Positions 1 through 8,153 of a stretch of 64,000 nucleotides of DNA are shown here, piece after piece (position 1 is the first letter of the stretch; each line of letters begins with the position of its first letter). The notes under the pieces were generated by a model. That model was given only the letters and a program-made list of their open reading frames with translations, did not search any database and was not told the DNA's origin. Origin of the DNA: an uncultured Sphingomonadaceae bacterium (lineage in GTDB: Bacteria; Pseudomonadota; Alphaproteobacteria; Sphingomonadales; Sphingomonadaceae); the NCBI GenBank assembly GCA_947499975.1, contig CANMQE010000005.1, forward strand, positions 86,773 to 150,772, read 5' to 3'. The position numbers were made by a program, and so were the translations under genes.

Positions 1-233
1 ACGGTGATGGCCTGCGGCACATCGATGATGGGGGTGGGCGTCTTGGTGCCGGTGCTGCCGTCTTCATTAACGTAGGTGTCGCGCTGCCCCGTCACCACGA
101 TATTGCCCGGCAGATAATCACGCTGCGCATCGGTATCGACGGCGGCATCGGCCAGGGCCGGTGCCGGAACCAGCGTGACGCTGGCGAGCAGGGCGAAGCG
201 GAGTGTTGCGGTAAAGATAAGAAATTCCCTCAC
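1..233 (-). CDS. TonB-dependent (siderophore-type) receptor, N-terminal fragment; the gene continues left of the window
   Basis: Manual minus-strand translation from GTG at 233 gives VREFLIFTATLRFALLASVTLVPAPALADAAVDTDAQRDYLPGNIVVTGQRDTYVNEDGSTGTKTPTPIIDVPQAIT. This is a signal peptide plus the start of a plug domain, as in TBDRs. It is absent from the ORF track because it runs off the edge. Confidence 0.7.
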   Translation of the reverse strand, partial: MREFLIFTATLRFALLASVTLVPAPALADAAVDTDAQRDYLPGNIVVTGQRDTYVNEDGSTGTKTPTPIIDVPQAIT

Positions 234-272
234 GAGTCCAAATGCGATTGATTTGCAAGAGCAGCCTCTATT

Positions 273-291
273 GAGAATGATTATCAGTGAC
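273..291. promoter_or_regulatory. candidate Fur box
   Basis: GAGAATGATTATCAGTGAC matches about 14 of 19 positions of the classical GATAATGATAATCATTATC. It lies about 40-58 nt upstream of the TBDR start, in the divergent intergenic region shared with arsC. Confidence 0.5.
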
Positions 292-368
292 AACACCAAA
301 TGTGGCATTTGCACGAAAAATTCTCCGCGCTAGGGCATGCGAAGCATTTATCGACCGAGGAGATACCC

Positions 369-713
369 GTGAAAGCGACCATCTGGCACAATCCGAAGTG
401 CAGCAAATCCCGCAATACGCTGGCCATCCTTCAGGAACGCGAGGGCGTGGACGTGGAGATCGTGGAATATCTCAAGCATCCGCCCACATGCGCAAAGCTG
501 GCGCAGCTTTACGATGATGCGGGCATGTCCCCGGCAGAAGGGCTGCGGCTGGGCGGCACCGATGCGAAGGAACGCGGCCTGCCGGATGCCGATGCCAATA
601 CGGTGCTGGATGCCATGGCGGCCGAGCCGAAGCTGATCGAACGCCCGTTGGTAGAAACCGAGAAGGGCGTGCGCCTCTGCCGCCCGGAAACCAGGGTAGA
701 GGAAATCCTCTGA
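369..713 (+). CDS. arsC: arsenate reductase (glutaredoxin-type ArsC family)
   Basis: ORF 300..713; the likely start is GTG 369 (VKATIWHNPKCSKSRNTL...). The HNPxCxxSRNTL motif and the C-terminal LIERPLV..GVRLCRPE resemble ArsC. Confidence 0.7.
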   Translation: MKATIWHNPKCSKSRNTLAILQEREGVDVEIVEYLKHPPTCAKLAQLYDDAGMSPAEGLRLGGTDAKERGLPDADANTVLDAMAAEPKLIERPLVETEKGVRLCRPETRVEEIL

Positions 714-732
714 CTGGCGGCGCCTGGGCCTG

Positions 733-1569
733 CTACTCGAAGGTTTCGCGCGCGCTCTGGCTGGTGCCGCCGGAAAGCTGACGGTGAACGGCGGCCAGCA
801 CGGCCAGCATTATCGAGGTAAAGGCCATGCTGACCAATCCGCCACCGATGCCCGCTGCAAACAGGCCGATCTCGTCACCCATTACGGCAAAGAGCGCGAA
901 CACCATGCTCACCACGGCCGACAACACCATTGCGGCGATGATCAGCAGCAGGAAGAACGCGAAGATGCGCAGCGAATTGCCCTTGGTCAGCCGCCAGGAA
1001 CGGCGCAGCGCGGCAACGGGATTCATGATTTTTTCGATCGCGATAGCCGGCGAGAGCAGCGAGAACTTAACCCAGATGTAGATCAGCAGGACAAGGCCGA
1101 CGAGGCCCAGCAGCGCGGCAACCCCTGCGTTGATCATAGCGCCGAGCGCCACCAGCAGCAGCGGCACCGCCACCATGGCGATGCCCAGCAGGATCTGCGC
1201 GATGATATAGGGCACCAGCGCCTTCGCCCCGAAAGCCAGCGCCTCACCCACCGTGGGCCGCGCGGAATCGGTCAGCAGCGCCAGCAGGCCCAGAACACCC
1301 ACCGCCTGCACAAGGGCGAAGACGACGTAGATATACCAGCTTTGCGCGAAGTAATCGCTGAACAGCGCCATCATGTCTTCCGGGCTCGGCGTATCGCCCA
1401 TGGCCTCCATCTGCATGATGAAGGCATCCTGCGAGGGCAGCAGCAGCGTGGAGATCAGATTGGGCAGGAAGAAGAAGACGCCCGCCACGATCAGAACCAC
1501 ATCGCGATTTGACGAGAGAAGCGCAGTTGCGTCGTTCCACGCGCGACCCATATCCAGTTTTTCTGCCAT
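733..1569 (-). CDS. polytopic membrane protein, function unknown
   Basis: ORF 733..1902 trimmed to ATG 1569 (MAEKLDMGRAWNDATALL...). It has multiple hydrophobic helices. The longer N-terminal extension is Arg/Gly-rich and overlaps the lipB upstream region. Confidence 0.6.
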   Translation of the reverse strand: MAEKLDMGRAWNDATALLSSNRDVVLIVAGVFFFLPNLISTLLLPSQDAFIMQMEAMGDTPSPEDMMALFSDYFAQSWYIYVVFALVQAVGVLGLLALLTDSARPTVGEALAFGAKALVPYIIAQILLGIAMVAVPLLLVALGAMINAGVAALLGLVGLVLLIYIWVKFSLLSPAIAIEKIMNPVAALRRSWRLTKGNSLRIFAFFLLLIIAAMVLSAVVSMVFALFAVMGDEIGLFAAGIGGGLVSMAFTSIMLAVLAAVHRQLSGGTSQSARETFE

Positions 1570-1635
1570 TATGCCCTCATAAGTCCTTTGCGCTCTTGAT
1601 AAGCGCGTTCCCTGCCGCCACGCAATCGTCAAACC

Positions 1636-2310
1636 ATGACCGACCACAGCAATCTTCCAGATCCGACTATCGAGTGGCGCCGATCCATCGGCCAGGTGCC
1701 CTATCGCGATGCCCTGGCGGAGCAGGAGGCGCGCAACATCGCGATCGCGGCGGGTGACGCGCAGGAACTGGTCTGGATGCTGGAGCATCCGCCCGTCTAC
1801 ACCGCGGGCACCAGCGCAGAAGTTGCCGAACTGGTCGATCCGCGGTTCGACGTGGTGGATACGGGGCGGGGCGGGCGTTACACCTATCACGGCCCCGGAC
1901 AACGCGTGGCCTATGTGCTGCTGGATCTGCGAAAACGCTCACGCGACCTGCGCCAGTTCGTGCATGCGCTGGAAGGCTGGGTCATCGCCACACTTGCGGA
2001 TTTCGATGTGGAGGCCTTCGCCGTGCCCGAGCGTATCGGCATCTGGACCCGCGATGCCAGCGGGGCAGAGGCCAAGATCGGGGCCATCGGCGTGCGCGTG
2101 CGGCGCTGGGTTACCATGCATGGCTTCGCGGTGAACCTGTCGCCCGATCTTACCCATTTCGATGGCATCGTGCCCTGCGGCATCGCCGAATATGGCGTCA
2201 CCAGCATGGCCGCACTTGGAAAGAGTGTTGCGCCCGATGAATGGGATGAGGCATTGCTGGCCCGCGCCGGGGATTTCCTCGCCGCCATCACGACTTCGGA
2301 GACTGCATGA
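1636..2310 (+). CDS. lipB: octanoyltransferase LipB
   Basis: [33 protein letters not shown] and [21 protein letters not shown] are typical LipB motifs. Confidence 0.9.
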   Translation: MTDHSNLPDPTIEWRRSIGQVPYRDALAEQEARNIAIAAGDAQELVWMLEHPPVYTAGTSAEVAELVDPRFDVVDTGRGGRYTYHGPGQRVAYVLLDLRKRSRDLRQFVHALEGWVIATLADFDVEAFAVPERIGIWTRDASGAEAKIGAIGVRVRRWVTMHGFAVNLSPDLTHFDGIVPCGIAEYGVTSMAALGKSVAPDEWDEALLARAGDFLAAITTSETA

Positions 2311-2558
2311 CCATGTCCACTCGCCAAGCTTTCGTTCTTGCCGCGCCGCTGCTCCTGGCGCTGTCGGCATGTGAAGACGAGCCGGAAGTCGACACGCAGG
2401 GCGACGGGCGCGAGGCGTCGGGAGAAGTGCTGGAAGGCACGATCAGCGATGAGATGCTGCCGCTTGACGAAGTGCGATCCCGTGCCCCGCTGGCGCTGGA
2501 CGCGGAGGAAGACGGCGAGGATGAAAGCGGCGAAACCGGCGGGGACGCCGGCGAGTAA
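2307..2558 (+). CDS. small acidic lipoprotein, function unknown
   Basis: ATGA overlap with the lipB stop. There is a signal peptide with lipobox LLLALSAC, and the remainder is Asp/Glu-rich. Confidence 0.5.
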   Translation: MTMSTRQAFVLAAPLLLALSACEDEPEVDTQGDGREASGEVLEGTISDEMLPLDEVRSRAPLALDAEEDGEDESGETGGDAGE

Positions 2559-2577
2559 CCGGTCTGCCGACCGGGCC

Positions 2578-3486
2578 ATGATTACAGACGAGCACAATTT
2601 TCGCACCAGGGTAACGGGTATTGCGGCACTGCTGGTGGGCAATGTCGCGCTGGCCTGCGGGCCCTGGCTGGTGCGATTGGCCGATACCGGCCCTGTCAGC
2701 GCAGGCTTCTGGCGCGTGGCAATCGCCCTGCCGTTCCTGATCATGATCGCCGTGCTGCGCAAGGAACGGCTGAGCGGCCTTACCCCAAGGGCGCTGATGC
2801 TGGTGCTGGCGGGCGGCGTATTCTTCGGGCTGGATATCGCCGCCTGGCACATTGGCATCGGCGATACGCGCCTCGCCAATTCAGTGCTGTTCGGCAATTC
2901 GGGCAGCGTGATCCTGATGGTATGGGGCTTCGTGATGCTGCGCCGCCTGCCGCGCGGGCGCGAATGGCCCGCGATCCTTGCCGCTTTGGCCGGGGCGAGC
3001 ATCCTGCTCGGGCGCTCGCTGGAACTGTCCGCAGCCAATTTCAGGGGCGATCTGTTCTGCCTGCTGGCTGGACTGCTCTACGCAGGCTACCTGCTATTGT
3101 TGCAGGACGCGCGCCGTACGCTGGGAAGCTGGAGCCTGCTGGCCCTGTCCACCAGCGCCAGCGTGGTGGTGCTGCTGATCTCGGCGCAGCTTCTGGGCGA
3201 ACCTTTCTGGCCGACGGAATGGACGCCCGTTCTGATGCTCGCCCTCTCCAGCCAGCTGGTGGGGCAGGGGCTGCTGGTTTATTCGCTGAAACTGTTCTCG
3301 CCACTGGTAATCGGCATCGCGTTGCTGACCCAACCGGCGGTTGCCGCGATCGTGGGCTGGCTGATTTTCGGCGAATGGCTGGTGCCGCTCGACATGGTCG
3401 GCATCGTCCTGGTGGGCAGTGCGCTGGTGCTGGCACGAATTGCCGCGCCGAAGGAGCCGCCGCGGCCGCGCGTCAATCCTGTTTGA
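2578..3486 (+). CDS. EamA/DMT family transporter
   Basis: ORF 2338..3486 trimmed to ATG 2578 (MITDEHNFRTRVTGIAALLVGN...). About 10 hydrophobic segments and two-repeat DMT architecture. Confidence 0.7.
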   Translation: MITDEHNFRTRVTGIAALLVGNVALACGPWLVRLADTGPVSAGFWRVAIALPFLIMIAVLRKERLSGLTPRALMLVLAGGVFFGLDIAAWHIGIGDTRLANSVLFGNSGSVILMVWGFVMLRRLPRGREWPAILAALAGASILLGRSLELSAANFRGDLFCLLAGLLYAGYLLLLQDARRTLGSWSLLALSTSASVVVLLISAQLLGEPFWPTEWTPVLMLALSSQLVGQGLLVYSLKLFSPLVIGIALLTQPAVAAIVGWLIFGEWLVPLDMVGIVLVGSALVLARIAAPKEPPRPRVNPV

Positions 3487-4813
3487 AGCTCACCTGCTTG
3501 AAGTCGGTCATCAGATTGCTGAACTGGCGCTCCACCTCGTCGAGATCCGGCCCGCTGAGCGACAAGCGCGCCTGCTCGCGCAGCAACTCTGCCTCGCCCA
3601 GCAACAATTCGCGCCGCCTGGTGGAATCCAGTGTCACGGCCACATCGCGCAAGGTGGACAGCATGATCTTTGCCGCGATCGGGCTGGTGGCCACCGCGCT
3701 GCGAATGGCGCCAAAGCCGCGCTGCACGTAATGGCGGAAATCATCGGGCAGCGGATGGATGGGGCATTCTTCGCTGTCGTCGCCGCAAATATCCTTCACC
3801 AGTCGCCTGTGGCCAAGTTCCGTCGTGGCCGCGCCCAGCCAGTGCAACGAAGTGACGGCGGTGAACGGATCGTTGATGCCGGGTGACAGGGCGCGAAGGC
3901 CAATTTCCACCAACTCGTCGATCAGGAACTGCGGATCCTGCTCCGGCGTACGAGCGAAACCCAGGGTGAAGCAGGCGCGCAGCGCATCGCGGCCTTCATC
4001 ACCGCACTCGCCGCCGGAGATCTCCAGCAAGGGCAAGCCGAAATGCACGAAATCGCCCGTGCGAACCGTCAGTGTCACATGGCATCCGTGCCTGTCCGCT
4101 ACCTCTTCAAGGTCGGAAAAGTCGATCAGCTGAACATAGCCCGGCTTCTTCGCCAGCAGGGGCACGCCCCGGCGCCTGTCATCCGGGCCGTCATCATTGC
4201 CCAGTTCAGGATAGGTCTTCTTGATCGCGCGCATCAAGCGGCTGCCAATCCCCTCGATCACCTTGTTGATGCGAATGCCGGAGGGCACGTGATTGAGGAA
4301 GTACACCAGCACCGCGACCGAGATCACCATGAGGATGAACGCAATCAGCAGCGAGAACTGCGGCACGAAGCCGGGGAGGGCGGTGGCTGCCGCGTCTGAC
4401 ACATCGGCGGGTTGTTCGTCCTCTGCCCGCACGCTGCGCAACACGGTGAGGGAAAACACGAAAGTGCCGATGAAGGTGGCGAGGCTGAACTGGTTGCCCT
4501 TGTCCTCCATGAAGTTTGTCAGCAGGCGTGGACCATAGGTGCCGCTGGCGTAACTGACCGCAACGATCGTGATGGAAAACACGGTGGATGCCACTGCAAT
4601 CATGCTGCCGGCGATCACCTGCAACATGGTGGATGCACCATTGGGCCGGGCAGGGGCCAGCCAGGTAACGTCGTTCAGCCATTCCGCCCAGCCGGTCCGG
4701 TCGGCGTAGATGCATACCAGCGCGAGGATTAGCGCCAGAAACGCGAATAGCGCCGGATAAAACCAGTAATTGGCGTTCAGCCGGCGCCAAGCCCACAGGA
4801 TTTCGGCCTTCAT
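3473..4813 (-). CDS. DUF2254-like membrane protein
   Basis: N-terminal WRRLNANYWFYPALFAFLALILA plus 3 more TM helices and a large soluble C-terminal domain. The family name is from memory. The 3' end overlaps the convergent EamA gene by 14 nt. Confidence 0.6.
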   Translation of the reverse strand: MKAEILWAWRRLNANYWFYPALFAFLALILALVCIYADRTGWAEWLNDVTWLAPARPNGASTMLQVIAGSMIAVASTVFSITIVAVSYASGTYGPRLLTNFMEDKGNQFSLATFIGTFVFSLTVLRSVRAEDEQPADVSDAAATALPGFVPQFSLLIAFILMVISVAVLVYFLNHVPSGIRINKVIEGIGSRLMRAIKKTYPELGNDDGPDDRRRGVPLLAKKPGYVQLIDFSDLEEVADRHGCHVTLTVRTGDFVHFGLPLLEISGGECGDEGRDALRACFTLGFARTPEQDPQFLIDELVEIGLRALSPGINDPFTAVTSLHWLGAATTELGHRRLVKDICGDDSEECPIHPLPDDFRHYVQRGFGAIRSAVATSPIAAKIMLSTLRDVAVTLDSTRRRELLLGEAELLREQARLSLSGPDLDEVERQFSNLMTDFKQVSFKQD

Positions 4814-4869
4814 CCGCTAGACAACGCGCGAATTACACATGGGTTGCCGCGCGTGCCGGCAAGGCACGG

Positions 4870-5865
4870 TCAGCCCGCATCGGGATCGCCCAGATCACCC
4901 TTGCCGATGGTGCCGCTGGCCATCTCCAGCATCTTGTCGAGGCTGGCCTTGGCCTTCAGCCGCAGGTCTTCCTCAATCTCGATACGCGGTTCCAGATCGC
5001 GCAGGCACAGATAGAGCTTCTCCATCGTGTTGAGCGCCATGTAGGGGCAGATGTTGCAGTTGCAGTTGCCATCCGCGCCCGGCGCACCGAGGAAGGTCTT
5101 CTCCGGCAGCGCCTTTTCCATCTGGTGGATGATATGCGGCTCTGTCGCCACGATCAGCGTATCGCCCTGGAATGTCTTGGCGAATTGCAGGATGGAACTG
5201 GTGGAGCCGACGTGATCCGCATGGTCCAGGATGGTGGGCGGACACTCGGGATGCGCGGCAATGGGCGCATCGGGATGCTCGGCCTTCAGCTTCAGCAATT
5301 CCTTCTCGCTGAAAGCCTCGTGCACGATGCAGACGCCCGGCCACAGCAACATGTCCCGGTTGAACTTGCGGTTCAGATAGCCGCCGAGATGCCGGTCCGG
5401 TCCGAAGATTATGGCCTGGTTCTCGGGGATCTGCTCCAGGATGGTTTCCGCGCTGGAGCTGGTGACGATCACGTCGGACAGGGCTTTTACTTCGGTCGAG
5501 CAGTTGATGTAGGTCAGCGCGATGTGATCGGGATGCTTCTCTCGGAAGGCGCGAAACTTGTCAGGCGGGCAGCTGTCTTCCAGCGAACAGCCGGCCTCCA
5601 TGTCCGGCAGCACCACGATCTTTTCGGGGCTGAGGATCTTGGCGGTGTCGGCCATGAACTTCACCCCGCAGAAGGCGATCACCTCGGCGTCGGTTTCCGC
5701 GGCCTTCTTGGAAAGCTCCAGTGAATCTCCCACGAAATCGGCAAGGTCCTGCAATTCCGGCTTCTGATAGTAATGCGCAAGGATCACGGCGTTGCGCTCC
5801 TTGCGCAGCCGGTCGATCTCTTCGCGCAGGTCAACTCCGGCGGGGATTGCGGTCTGGTCGGTCAT
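4870..5865 (-). CDS. nadA: quinolinate synthase NadA
   Basis: AVILAHYYQ, FCGVKFMADTAKIL, and three Cys regions including NCNCNICPYM. Confidence 0.9.
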   Translation of the reverse strand: MTDQTAIPAGVDLREEIDRLRKERNAVILAHYYQKPELQDLADFVGDSLELSKKAAETDAEVIAFCGVKFMADTAKILSPEKIVVLPDMEAGCSLEDSCPPDKFRAFREKHPDHIALTYINCSTEVKALSDVIVTSSSAETILEQIPENQAIIFGPDRHLGGYLNRKFNRDMLLWPGVCIVHEAFSEKELLKLKAEHPDAPIAAHPECPPTILDHADHVGSTSSILQFAKTFQGDTLIVATEPHIIHQMEKALPEKTFLGAPGADGNCNCNICPYMALNTMEKLYLCLRDLEPRIEIEEDLRLKAKASLDKMLEMASGTIGKGDLGDPDAG

Positions 5866-6057
5866 GGCATGGCCCTGTTCTGGTGTGGGTCTTGTACGTT
5901 TGATGGCGCTTATAATGCCAACCTGTGACTTTGCGAGAGAGTTCCCTCACTTGCCGACGCACCGTGTGCCGGTTTGCTTTAACGGGGCAAATGACTATGG
6001 TCCCCGCAAATCCCAGCATTGACGGCCAACTCGGATGCACTCAGCGTCCGAGCAATT

Positions 6058-7794
6058 ATGCTGCGGGACAAGGCATGGAGAACTAGTGCAGTGACACAGC
6101 GGGTACCATCGGCAAAGCCGGAAGCAAGTCCAATCGATCCGCCTCTTGTCGACCTGCCCATCAACACCCACGACAGCGGCTTCTACGACGGTTTCAGCCG
6201 TTCGGTAACGATCCCTGCCAAGATCATCGTGTCGCTGATCATCATGTGGGCGATCTTCTTCCCCGTCAGCGCAAACGAAACGCTGGCGGCTGCGAACAAC
6301 ACGATCATCTCCACCTTTGCCGGCTGGTATGTCTACCTTGTCGCCATCGTCATGCTGATTGCACTGGCGCTGGCGATCATCCCGCAATCGGGATCGTTGC
6401 GCATCGGCAATCCCGGTGAGGAGCCGGAGTTCGGACGGTTCAGCTGGTTCGCCATGCTGTTTGGCGCAGGCATCGGTATCGGCATGCTTACCTACTCGAC
6501 GGGTGAGCCGCTGGCGCATTTCCAGAACAATCCCGACATCATTCGCGGTGTGGTCGAACCGGCCAGCCAGGAAGCGATCAGGCCTGCCTACATCTACACC
6601 TTCCTTCACTGGGGCCTTGCGGCATGGGGCACCTATGGCCTTGTCGGCCTCGCCATCGGTTACGTCTCCTATCGCCGTAACCTGCCGCTCACCATCCGAT
6701 CCGCCCTCGCGCCGCTGTTCGGCAGACTGATGTCCGGGCCGTTCGGTCATGTCGTGGACGTGGTGGCCGTGGTGGCGACCATCCTCGGCGTGGCGGTGAC
6801 GATGGGACTTGGCGTGGAACAGTTCGTGGCCGGGCTCTATCGGCTTGGTTTCGGCGACTGGCTGGTGGATGCCGAGGGCAGTTCCACCCCAGCGGCCATC
6901 ATCATCTCGCTGGTCGTGCTGGTCGGTGCATCCACCCTCAGCGCGCTTTCGGGCGTGGGCAAGGGGATCAAGTGGCTATCCAACCTTAACCTGGGCCTGT
7001 CGCTGATCCTGTTGGCGCTGTTCGTGGTGATGGGTGCTGGGCTGTTCGGCCTGGAACTGCTGGGCGTGGCCCTATACGATTACCTGCGCACGCTGCCGCA
7101 GACGGCCTTCTCGCTGTTTTCCAGCGATGGCTCTCCGATGCAGGAAGCGCTGGTGCGCTGGCAGCTCGACTGGAGCGTTTTCTACTGGGCGTGGTGGATT
7201 GCCTTCGCGCCCTTCGTAGGCATGTTCATCGCGCGCATTTCTCGCGGGCGCACGGTGCGTGAATACGTGCTTGGCGTGCTGCTTGGCCCGTCGCTGATGT
7301 GTTTCGTATGGATGACGCTGGTGGGCGGCACCGCCATCGATCTGGAACTCAGCGGCGCTGCCAATGGCTCGATCCTGAGTGCGGATATCTCCGATCAGCT
7401 TTACGCTACGCTTGCGGTGCTGCTTGATTCCGGCTGGGCCTGGGTCTTCTCCGGGCTCGTGGTGCTGCTGCTGATGACGTACCTGATCACCAGTGCGGAC
7501 AGCGCGATCCTGATCGTGAACACGATCAACGGCGCAGGCGATACCGACGGTCAGCGTCGTCGCCACATCGTGTTCTGGGGCGCTGCCCTGGCCTTCGTGG
7601 TCGGATCGATGCTGATCATCGGCGGTATCGATGCCATCCGAATCACCATGATCATCGGCGCGCTGCCGTTCTCCGTGGTGGTGGCATTGATGGCTGCTTC
7701 CATCGTCAAGGCGATCGTCTTTGACATCATCCGAAAGCATCACGGCGTGCCGACTACTGCACAGGCGTGCGAGGAGTGGGAAGATTCACAGTAA
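6058..7794 (+). CDS. BCCT family (betaine/carnitine/choline-type) transporter
   Basis: FSWFAMLFGAGIGIGMLTYSTGEPLAHF and WSVFYWAWWIAFAPFVGMFIARISRGRTVREY are BCCT signatures. The start is uncertain (ATG 6058 or TTG 6019). Confidence 0.8.
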   Translation: MLRDKAWRTSAVTQRVPSAKPEASPIDPPLVDLPINTHDSGFYDGFSRSVTIPAKIIVSLIIMWAIFFPVSANETLAAANNTIISTFAGWYVYLVAIVMLIALALAIIPQSGSLRIGNPGEEPEFGRFSWFAMLFGAGIGIGMLTYSTGEPLAHFQNNPDIIRGVVEPASQEAIRPAYIYTFLHWGLAAWGTYGLVGLAIGYVSYRRNLPLTIRSALAPLFGRLMSGPFGHVVDVVAVVATILGVAVTMGLGVEQFVAGLYRLGFGDWLVDAEGSSTPAAIIISLVVLVGASTLSALSGVGKGIKWLSNLNLGLSLILLALFVVMGAGLFGLELLGVALYDYLRTLPQTAFSLFSSDGSPMQEALVRWQLDWSVFYWAWWIAFAPFVGMFIARISRGRTVREYVLGVLLGPSLMCFVWMTLVGGTAIDLELSGAANGSILSADISDQLYATLAVLLDSGWAWVFSGLVVLLLMTYLITSADSAILIVNTINGAGDTDGQRRRHIVFWGAALAFVVGSMLIIGGIDAIRITMIIGALPFSVVVALMAASIVKAIVFDIIRKHHGVPTTAQACEEWEDSQ

Positions 7795-8153
7795 CAACGC
7801 CAGTAAAACTTCAATAATGCGCGATGCTATAAACGAGCTTTGGTAATGAAGAGATTTTGACAAGCAAAATTGTCGAAATCGATAGGCTCGCAAGAATAAG
7901 TAAAAGTTCGTCTCTTTTTGAGAGCCCGTGAACAAAACCATTTATACGTAATTCTCGCATGTATAGATTATACAATGTTGTGAATGTGCAACAACTCTTT
8001 TGCAATTCCCTGGAATCTTTCAGCTGCGGTGGCAGTTTTCAAAACTGGTCGGTATTCGGGCGTCGCACGTGCGCTCAATTCTTTGTGCGCAGCACCATCC
8101 CGGCTGGCCGCATCTAGGCGGCCGCAAAACTGATCTCCAAAAGGGAATCACAC

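Noticed and set aside
5866-6057. Possible riboswitch (NAD+ or osmolyte-related) between nadA and the BCCT gene
   Set aside because: I could not recognise any known riboswitch core, only short 5-bp stems. An Rfam scan would be needed to say more.
7811-8005. 64-aa ORF in the AT-rich tract
   Set aside because: It has a TTG start, no ribosome-binding site and an Ile/Leu/Ser-rich composition driven by the AT bias. Nothing supports translation. The region is reported as a finding rather than a gene.
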